From an uncultured virus (IMG/VR IMGVR_UViG_3300023117_001979) (lineage: Duplodnaviria > Heunggongvirae > Uroviricota > Caudoviricetes), in IMG/VR virus record IMGVR_UViG_3300023117_001979: 64,000 nt of DNA. One strand, written 5' to 3'. This document shows, one piece after another, positions 47,445-54,040 of this stretch. How positions within the stretch are numbered: position 1 is the first letter of the stretch; every line of letters begins with the position of its first letter. Both the position numbers and the translations under genes were made by a program. The notes under the pieces are model-generated. The model did no database searches. It saw nothing but the letters and a program-made list of their open reading frames with translations, and was not told where the DNA came from.

Positions 47445-48467
47445 ATGGCTCTCCAAGAATTGGTGATTGTCAATCCTAAAAGGAAAAGTCGTCGAGCCGC
47501 CACAACCAAAAGAAAAAAGGTGAATACAATGGCTCGTCGAAGAACAACCCGAAGAAAAACTGCCCCAAAGCGTCGCGCAACCACTCGTCGACGCACGACC
47601 ACAAAGCGCCGCGCTGCGCCAAAGCGCCGTCGTACTACTCGTCGCAAGACGACTACTCGACGCCGCGCTGCACCAAAGCGCCGTCGTACTACTCGTCGCA
47701 AGACGACTCGACGCCGTGCTGCACCAAAGCGTCGCCGCACGACCCGTCGCAAGTCAACGACCCGTCGTCGTCGTAGCCCAGCTCGTCGCCGCAAGACGAC
47801 CCGCCGTCGTCGTCGTAGCCCAGCTCGCCGCAAGACGACCCGCCGTCGCCGCCGCAGCCCAGCTCGCCGCAAGACGACCCGTCGCCGTCGCCGCAGCCCA
47901 GCTCGTCGCCGCACGACCCGTCGCCGCACGACCCGTCGTCGTTCCACCACTCGCTCTCGTAAGATGAGCATGAAAGGAATGTACAACTTCATCATGAACA
48001 ACATGACTGCTTTCGAGGCTATCGCTGCTCTCGGTGTCGGTCTTGTTGCTGGTCTCAAGCTCCCTGCTCTTGCTGAGAAAGCTGTTGCTAAAGTCATGGG
48101 TCGTACCATCACTCTTACTGAGGGATGGAAAGGACCTCTTGTCGGTGCTGCCCTCGCTGGTGCTCTTGGCTACTCGCTCTATGGAATGAAGCTTGTCAAC
48201 TTCAATGTCGCGTCCACCATCGCTCTTGCTGGTGCAACCGTCGGTATGTTGAACCTTGCTAACACTTACCTTAACCTCCCACTTCCAGGTGTGGCTCTTA
48301 TGAACCCATCCGGTAGTGCTGGTTTCGGCTTCTTGGCTGGCTCTAACACGCTTCACGACAATGTCAGTGCTTTCGGCTACCTTGGCGAAGCCCCATTCGA
48401 ACCTTTCGGTATGACTGATGGCTCCCACGGTTACCATGACATGGGCCGCGTCGTCAATGTTTTCTGA
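47445..48467 (+). CDS. Protamine-like Arg-rich core protein with C-terminal membrane domain
   Basis: TTTATA box at 47403 and AGGTGG RBS favour ATG 47445; about 150 aa of R/K/T/S/A/P repeats, then hydrophobic helices. Confidence 0.8.
   Translation: MALQELVIVNPKRKSRRAATTKRKKVNTMARRRTTRRKTAPKRRATTRRRTTTKRRAAPKRRRTTRRKTTTRRRAAPKRRRTTRRKTTRRRAAPKRRRTTRRKSTTRRRRSPARRRKTTRRRRRSPARRKTTRRRRRSPARRKTTRRRRRSPARRRTTRRRTTRRRSTTRSRKMSMKGMYNFIMNNMTAFEAIAALGVGLVAGLKLPALAEKAVAKVMGRTITLTEGWKGPLVGAALAGALGYSLYGMKLVNFNVASTIALAGATVGMLNLANTYLNLPLPGVALMNPSGSAGFGFLAGSNTLHDNVSAFGYLGEAPFEPFGMTDGSHGYHDMGRVVNVF
47530..47960 (+). repeat. Coding tandem repeats (RRRAAPKRRRTTRRK x3; RRRRRSPARR(R)K/TT x4)
   Basis: Imperfect tandem nucleotide repeats built from CGT/CGC codons. 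Confidence 0.85.
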
Positions 48468-48476
48468 GGTGAGCGT

Positions 48477-48662
48477 GTGAACGCTTACCGTAGCAACTTT
48501 GGCGCTGCACATGACCCATACATGGATGGCTCAGGCGGCATTCTCGATGGCGACAACAAAGTGATGAACACCCTCAACAGAGGAGTCTATGCGGGCTTCG
48601 ATGTTGGCCACATCGCTCTTGCTGTTGCCGGGCTTGTTGTCTTCATGAAGCTCCGCAAGTGA
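48477..48662 (+). CDS. Small membrane protein
   Basis: GAGGTGA RBS; C-terminal TM followed by basic residues. Confidence 0.7.
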   Translation: MNAYRSNFGAAHDPYMDGSGGILDGDNKVMNTLNRGVYAGFDVGHIALAVAGLVVFMKLRK

Positions 48663-48735
48663 AACTAGGCTAAGCCTAGTGGCGTTGGCGATACCAATAG
48701 AGCGTAAGCTCTAGAGGCCTCCTAGTGCCTTGCCG
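48663..48735 (+). other. Multi-hairpin element
   Basis: ACTAGGC-TAA-GCCTAGT, TTGG-CGATA-CCAA and TAGAGC-GTAA-GCTCTA hairpins in tandem. Confidence 0.6.
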
Positions 48736-48758
48736 ATTGCTTTATGACTTGAGACTTA

Positions 48759-49628
48759 TTGGGAGCACTGATAGCGATGCCGGAATATACACCCCCTGGT
48801 TCAAGTGGCACCATTGATGGAACACTTACCAGTAATCGTATTCCGTTTGCATCCGACAGTGACACGCTGACAGATGATGCCGACTTTACCTATGACTCAA
48901 CAAATGACTTACTACAAGTCACTAAGACTCTCACGCAGGTCGTCGTTGATGTTCATAACGCGACAGGCAGTGCGATTGCGGCTGGAACGCCAGTCTATGT
49001 GACGGGAAGCGTAACTGCAAACAAGCCCAATGTTGAGCCATCTGATGCCGATAATGCAAGCACGATGCCCTCAGCAGGTATTGTCACAAATCAAATTGGC
49101 GCGGGTTCCGCTGGCTATATGGCAATTAGCGGAGTAATCAATGGTATTTCATTATCAGTCATCACGGATGTTTCTCCTTCTGCGGGCGATACTCTTTATG
49201 TTTCCACGACCACTGGAGAACTCACGGTCACAAAGCCAACAGGGGCAACCTCACAAATCCAGAATGTCGGTCGAATTATCAGCACCAACGGCGGAAATTT
49301 CAGAATGACGGTCAATAACATTGGCCGAACAAACGATGTTCCTAACCAATTTCAAATGCGAAGCGCACTAGTGGTAACTGATAATTCTAACCCAGGCGCT
49401 TCTGCTGCGGATTCAGGTAAATACTTCTATCGAACATCAGGTGCAACATTTACCCTACCTGCTGATTCTTATATTGGTGAACAATATGTGTTGCTTAACA
49501 ACACTGGAAGTGCGGTAACTATTGCTTCGACAGGTGGTGACACTATTATTGGTTCCACTTCTATCGATGACGACAAAGCAGCAACTATTGTTTGCGTTGC
49601 AGCAAATACTTGGTTTGTAGTAGGTTGA
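48759..49628 (+). CDS. Beta-rich spike/fibre-like virion protein
   Basis: Thr/Ser/Gly-rich; NATGSAIAAGTPVYV, GDTLYVS..GELT, TLPA..GEQY..N, TWFVVG patterns typical of viral fibre domains. Confidence 0.65.
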   Translation: MGALIAMPEYTPPGSSGTIDGTLTSNRIPFASDSDTLTDDADFTYDSTNDLLQVTKTLTQVVVDVHNATGSAIAAGTPVYVTGSVTANKPNVEPSDADNASTMPSAGIVTNQIGAGSAGYMAISGVINGISLSVITDVSPSAGDTLYVSTTTGELTVTKPTGATSQIQNVGRIISTNGGNFRMTVNNIGRTNDVPNQFQMRSALVVTDNSNPGASAADSGKYFYRTSGATFTLPADSYIGEQYVLLNNTGSAVTIASTGGDTIIGSTSIDDDKAATIVCVAANTWFVVG

Positions 49629-49632
49629 TACT

Positions 49633-50082
49633 ATGCTACCTACAATGGTTGGTTGCGCTCAACAAGGGTCAGGCTCTCCTCTAGCAGCAACGGTTAGTAC
49701 ACCAAGCGACTTACTAATACCAGTCTTTGCGGATTCTTCCCCAGGAACGACTTCAGCAGCAGGCGAGATAAGCTCGACTGTTACGGCCAGTGGGGGAACC
49801 CCACCCTATGTTTACTCATGGTCTCTTTCTGAGGAAGGCGATGATGAGGATGGCTTTGACATAGCAAGTCAAGGTAGCCCAACAAATCAGACCACCTACA
49901 ACACTGCTACCATTTCCACCACATTTACCAATCCAAGCCCAGCTCCACCACCTGCCCCACCGCCATCTCCCCCACCTGCGGCGGCAACATACAGGGTCAC
50001 ATGTCAAGTGACAGACCAAAATGGTGCAGGCGATACGGTGTCTGCTTACCAAGACTTTACGGTAGAGGCTGTTCCAGCATGA
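49633..50082 (+). CDS. Ig-like beta protein, putative spike accessory
   Basis: TASGGTPPYVYSW and YRVTCQVTD motifs. Confidence 0.6.
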   Translation: MLPTMVGCAQQGSGSPLAATVSTPSDLLIPVFADSSPGTTSAAGEISSTVTASGGTPPYVYSWSLSEEGDDEDGFDIASQGSPTNQTTYNTATISTTFTNPSPAPPPAPPPSPPPAAATYRVTCQVTDQNGAGDTVSAYQDFTVEAVPA

Positions 50083-50264
50083 TGTTACTTTATAGCTGAG
50101 TAAAGTAAGCCACCATAATCTTTGAATACACCGAGCTCGTGCTTTGGCTCGCCTGGGAGGAACGAGGATAAACAGGTGCTTCCAGGTGGGTCTCTTTCCT
50201 TCTCACCCCTCCACACCTGCCTCACCCTTTATCTTTATAGTCAGACTGAAACTCATACAGTTTC

Positions 50265-50444
50265 ATGGCAAGCGTACTAGCCCAACTTGAAGAAATTGCA
50301 GAACAACTAAATGAACTCGCAGCTGACGCAGCAAAAGTCGACAAAGGACAGAAAGCTGCTGGCACTCGTGTGCGTAAGGGATTGCAAGATGTTAAGAAAG
50401 CATGCGACTCCCTTCGAAAGCATATCTTGACCCTTCGAGAGTGA
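50265..50444 (+). CDS. Histone H1-like protein Hc1 N-terminal domain homolog (59 aa, not in ORF track)
   Basis: Own translation: MASVLAQLEEIAEQLNELAADAAKVDKGQKAAGTRVRKGLQDVKKACDSLRKHILTLRE; GxKAAGTRxRK signature; TTTATA box about 30 nt upstream. Confidence 0.75.
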   Translation: MASVLAQLEEIAEQLNELAADAAKVDKGQKAAGTRVRKGLQDVKKACDSLRKHILTLRE

Positions 50445-50449
50445 GATTA

Positions 50450-50650
50450 TTGACTGATGGTCTTTATCACATAGTGATAGGTGACACCGTCAGCGACCTT
50501 ATTCTCAAAGTCAACCATATGATGGAAAGTGGCTGGGTCCCGCAAGGTGGTGTTTACAAAGAGCAAGGTAGGCACATACCTCTCACCGCTATTGTATGGT
50601 ATCAAGCCATGATTCGACCACTAATAACAAATCAAGCCCTTGTAGTGTAG
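50450..50650 (+). CDS. DUF1737-like small protein
   Basis: Likely TTG start at 50450; LKVNHMMESGWVPQGG...YQAM pattern; 3' end overlaps the tRNA. Confidence 0.55.
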   Translation: MTDGLYHIVIGDTVSDLILKVNHMMESGWVPQGGVYKEQGRHIPLTAIVWYQAMIRPLITNQALVV

Positions 50651-50712
50651 CTTGGATAACACTCTGGCCTGCGGAGCCGGTACCCCAGGTTCAAATCCTG
50701 GCAGGGGCGCCA
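50636..50712 (+). tRNA. tRNA-Arg (anticodon GCG), with encoded CCA
   Basis: Acceptor GCCCTTG/CAGGGGC, D arm GTGT/ACAC, anticodon arm CTGGC-CTGCGGA-GCCGG, T arm CCAGG-TTCAAAT-CCTGG, ends GCCA. Confidence 0.92.
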
Positions 50713-50714
50713 AC

Positions 50715-50927
50715 CTACAATAGTAGCGTAAGCGCATTTCCTAATAGACCAACTGCAATTAGTACTTGAGTAATATACCACCTTCGGTCGATTTTATCCA
50801 CCGTTTCTTTTGTCATCTGTTTGACTTCTTCTCGAATAAGGTCAATCTTTTCATTAACGCTATCACTTAACTCGACCTTCATGGTCATTCCTTCGGCAAT
50901 AAACCGAGCTGCATCAGCCATATTCAT
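50715..50927 (-). CDS. Small protein with C-terminal TM
   Basis: Coupled to the upstream RHH gene; hydrophobic tail. Confidence 0.55.
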   Translation of the reverse strand: MNMADAARFIAEGMTMKVELSDSVNEKIDLIREEVKQMTKETVDKIDRRWYITQVLIAVGLLGNALTLLL

Positions 50928-51148
50928 TAAAATGTCACATCCGGTCGTGAAGTGTTAAGTCGATTTAGTTTGGCTACCACATCTTCTTCTAAGAGCGTAA
51001 GCTTACCCTTAGTATACTGAATGAGGATAGAACGAATGTAAGTGGCTAAAGCCAGGCCGTTCTCATCTGCTAGCAACTTTAGTTTTTCAAAAACCTCTTC
51101 ATCCATGCGAATTTGGACTTGCTGGTTCTTGCTCATAGTAACAACCAT
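50927..51148 (-). CDS. Ribbon-helix-helix DNA-binding protein
   Basis: QVQIRMDEEVFEKLKLLADENGLALATYIRSIL. Confidence 0.75.
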   Translation of the reverse strand: MVVTMSKNQQVQIRMDEEVFEKLKLLADENGLALATYIRSILIQYTKGKLTLLEEDVVAKLNRLNTSRPDVTF

Positions 51149-51267
51149 GCTTTCATGGCGACCTTAATGGTTTCTAGTGGTAGTCGTTTGAAAAGAATAA
51201 AAATACAAAATTATACGAAGTAAAGAAAAGTAATGATAGTGATATTATTTGCTACTCAAGTAAATCC

Positions 51268-51284
51268 ACCCCTTTAAGAGGGGT
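51268..51284. promoter_or_regulatory. Inverted repeat enclosing a TATA-like box upstream of the capsid candidate
   Basis: ACCCCT-TTAAG-AGGGGT in an AT-rich divergent intergenic region. Confidence 0.45.
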
Positions 51285-51355
51285 AGCCTCTTAGACCTAA
51301 TCAACCGCAACACAAGAAACGCGGGGATAACAAAAAACAATGGAGATGAACAAAC

Positions 51356-51967
51356 ATGGAACTACGACCATATTATGACCGACCAATTAGCACGATTGAT
51401 GCATATGTTACCGAGATTCTCGGTGCAGTTGCTGCGAACTTCCGCCACTGGGGCGAATACAAGTATGTGTGGCCTAAGCAAGGCTACGGTAAGGGTGTTC
51501 TCCGCGCTGACCAATTCTCACTCTTGGGAACCTTCGGACAGTGGCTCGTTCCTTCGTCCGGCTCGTCCGGTAACCCCAACTCAGTGACTGTTGACTCCTA
51601 CGGCTGGGCTCAGCGTGTTTTGGACTTCAAGACCCTTGAGGAATTCTACTACCTCATCATGGGAATCCAATACCCTGTTTCTCCCCTCCTGATTACGGAA
51701 CACCAATGGCGCATCTCAGGTGTGGAAACGCCTGTCATCGACCAGCAGCTCTTTGAAGTGCTAGAAGAACCATTCGTTTGGTATGAAATGCCCGTGATTG
51801 TCGAGCCAGAGAAAACAATCGTCTGTGCTCACCGCGTCGTCGGTGGACTTGCAAACTACGGTAACTCGACCATCGCTGGTGCTGAGAAGTGGCGTGTGAT
51901 TGGTTCAGTCATTGGACAACACCACGAATTGATTCAGCAGCGTCAAAGCATTGGGGAGCTTAGCTGA
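51356..51967 (+). CDS. Candidate single jelly-roll major capsid protein
   Basis: 203 aa, beta-rich; LRADQF..W..IMGIQY..P..ITE..WRISG..WYEMPVIVEPE..IGSVI resembles single jelly-roll MCPs of SH1/P23-77-like viruses; GGAGATG RBS and strongly biased codon usage. Confidence 0.55.
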   Translation: MELRPYYDRPISTIDAYVTEILGAVAANFRHWGEYKYVWPKQGYGKGVLRADQFSLLGTFGQWLVPSSGSSGNPNSVTVDSYGWAQRVLDFKTLEEFYYLIMGIQYPVSPLLITEHQWRISGVETPVIDQQLFEVLEEPFVWYEMPVIVEPEKTIVCAHRVVGGLANYGNSTIAGAEKWRVIGSVIGQHHELIQQRQSIGELS

Positions 51968-52011
51968 TTCCCTTACGGGACTCAGAAATTCTACTACGGA
52001 GGTGAAAAGAT

Positions 52012-52797
52012 ATGGCAACAATTGCAGGAATGGACCTGGGATATGGTTCACAAGTCAAACTAGTCCGCACCAACTACCTCGTTATCCGTGTGGGTAACGG
52101 TGTAACTGCTGCTACCACTATCAACCTTACCGCAGCTGCAAACTTCTTGAGCATTGTTCAGAACAAATTCCACGGCCAAGTGTGCCGCCCTGACTACATC
52201 GTAGTTACTGGTAGCACCGCCGCTGCTGGTTCTTATGCCTTGACCAACGCAGATTTGCACCCGAATGTTATCGCTAACACGAGCACACTACCAAGCGCCG
52301 CAAATACTGCTGCTGCTGCACCTGGTCCTGTGCCTCTTGCAGGCCCAAGCCAAAGCGCTCTAGCACAAGCAAGCGGTCTTCCAGCAGAAGCCAACACTGC
52401 TGCTGAGAACCTTGGTAACCCGAAAATCCAGGCTATCCTGAATGTCGGTGTTATCGAGTTTACTGCTAACACTCTTGCTGCTGGTCTAGTTGTCGAAGGT
52501 GTAGGTACTGCTGCTGACGCATCACAATTGGCTCACGCTAACTTGCTTCTTGATGCTGCTGCTGACATTGACACCAATGGTGACGCAATCCGCTTGGCTG
52601 ACCTTGATGCTGCATTCACTGATGCTCTTGGTGCTATTACTGCGGCAAATGTTGTCGACATGACTGATGCTAACTTGCTTGCTTCCTTCGTTGAAGTCGG
52701 TAATGCTAGCGGTACTACTGCTACGGAGCTCACTGATGTTTCCATCGGTGCTAACTCTTGTGCTCTTGTCAGTGCTGTCGCATTGGTTACAGTCTGA
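52012..52797 (+). CDS. Ala/Thr-rich structural protein, probably highly expressed
   Basis: Perfect GGAGGTGA RBS, biased codons, co-transcribed with the capsid candidate. Confidence 0.7.
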   Translation: MATIAGMDLGYGSQVKLVRTNYLVIRVGNGVTAATTINLTAAANFLSIVQNKFHGQVCRPDYIVVTGSTAAAGSYALTNADLHPNVIANTSTLPSAANTAAAAPGPVPLAGPSQSALAQASGLPAEANTAAENLGNPKIQAILNVGVIEFTANTLAAGLVVEGVGTAADASQLAHANLLLDAAADIDTNGDAIRLADLDAAFTDALGAITAANVVDMTDANLLASFVEVGNASGTTATELTDVSIGANSCALVSAVALVTV

Positions 52798-52799
52798 GA

Positions 52800-52990
52800 C
52801 CAGCAACGGTTTGAAGGTGACTTGCTTACCCCCATGAGCGTAAGCTCTAGGGATAGTACAGGAAGCTCGATTGCTAACCTCAGTGCATACGCGTTTGAAG
52901 CAAAACAGTAACTAGAGGCTAAACACCCCTAGTAGCGTAAGCTCTAGCCGATAGGCACTAAGCATAAGCGAGCAGTACCCTATCCAAAGG
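52800..52990 (+). ncRNA. Candidate structured RNA or DNA-hairpin element
   Basis: GAGC-GTAA-GCTC, AGC-GTAA-GCT and GCC-GATA-GGC hairpins, ACTAG..CTAGT stem, long-range GGATAG/CTATCC pairing. Confidence 0.4.
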
Positions 52991-53062
52991 GGTTATATCC
53001 TTGTCTAGCCTGGGAGTAACTAGGTCCGCCCGAAGGCGAGCCACCACCACACACAAACAAAG

Positions 53063-54028
53063 GTGAAAATTATGACGAATGCAAACCAAACAAACAGGCC
53101 AGGAAACTTGTTCGGTACCCCCTTCGGTGCCGGATATGGAAATAACGGAATAGAATACGCCCTTAAGCCAGGGTACATTGTTAAGGCACGAAATAACTTC
53201 TATGTTATTGAAGCTCGTGAAGCCTTGACGGTTGACCTTTTCTTTAGCGAAACACACTCGCTTTCTGCCAGTGGTAACCTCATCACTAGCGCACCGCTTG
53301 TTCGCTACGGTCAAAACTCAATCACCGCTTTGATGAGCCCCAACCACGGTGGGACTGTCGTCACCGGTGATTTCACTTCTTCCGTCTTGAGCCCTTCGTT
53401 TGACTCAGGCTACATCAAGTTTGACGATTTGGAACCTTCATTTGGGCACTTGTATCAACTTTGTCCAACTTTGCCCTTCCAACCCAAGTTTATTGACGCA
53501 AATGGTGAATTCCTGATTGATGATGCTGCTACTGGGACCGCTACTGAGCTTCCTTCAAATGGCGGTAGTCCAGTTGGGTTCGAAATTCAAGGAGGTACTG
53601 CTAGCGTAATTACCGCACCTGTTGGTACTGTTTCCGCAAAGCTGTACATCAAGCACCCCGTTGGTTCTCCAATCAATGTGCTAGACCAAGCCCCTGAAGG
53701 TGATTCAGGTTCCGCCGCTGTCGGTTCTCTTCTCGGTCTTAGCGGTTTCTTGGACTATACTATGAGCCCAATTGAAAACCCTAACTGGAATTACTCCTTG
53801 TTCATCGAGCATGGAGAGAATAACCTTCCTAGCTTCAAGTTGTGCAACGACTCAGAAGAGTACATCCTCGATGGCCGTGTGCGCTTGACTGGCTGGAAGT
53901 ATTCCATCGCTGAGTTGAGCATGAGCCAGTTGTCAGAATTGCAGTCTAAAGGAAAGGTTACTTACGCAGTAATTAACCCACAGGGAATCCCAACCTCTAG
54001 TAGCTTGAGCGGCCCCTTCCTAAAGTGA
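53063..54028 (+). CDS. Beta-rich structural protein, candidate second capsid protein
   Basis: 321 aa, biased codons, own promoter-like AAAGGGGTTATAT at about 52986; terminal VRLTGWKY strand reminiscent of jelly-roll ends. Confidence 0.5.
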   Translation: MKIMTNANQTNRPGNLFGTPFGAGYGNNGIEYALKPGYIVKARNNFYVIEAREALTVDLFFSETHSLSASGNLITSAPLVRYGQNSITALMSPNHGGTVVTGDFTSSVLSPSFDSGYIKFDDLEPSFGHLYQLCPTLPFQPKFIDANGEFLIDDAATGTATELPSNGGSPVGFEIQGGTASVITAPVGTVSAKLYIKHPVGSPINVLDQAPEGDSGSAAVGSLLGLSGFLDYTMSPIENPNWNYSLFIEHGENNLPSFKLCNDSEEYILDGRVRLTGWKYSIAELSMSQLSELQSKGKVTYAVINPQGIPTSSSLSGPFLK

Positions 54029-54040
54029 GGAGGCCTTTAA

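Noticed and set aside
47411..48512. Antisense and alternate-frame ORFs (47411-48112, 47754-48512, 47716-47967)
   Set aside because: These are stop-free shadows of the CGY-rich repeat; the promoter, RBS and TM domain support the plus-strand Arg-rich frame.
50130..50225. Possible structured RNA upstream of the Hc1-like gene
   Set aside because: Only short imperfect pairings (CCTGGGAG/CTTCCAGG, CAGGTG/CACCTG) are present, with no recognisable family or repetition elsewhere.
50402..50449. ORF-track start at 50402
   Set aside because: It overlaps the Hc1-like ORF in another frame; TTG at 50450 directly after its stop fits better.
50636..50712. tRNA as a provirus attachment boundary
   Set aside because: Viral-type genes continue on both sides, and I saw no integrase or duplicated tRNA 3' end in the window. 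This cannot be excluded for the rest of the genome.
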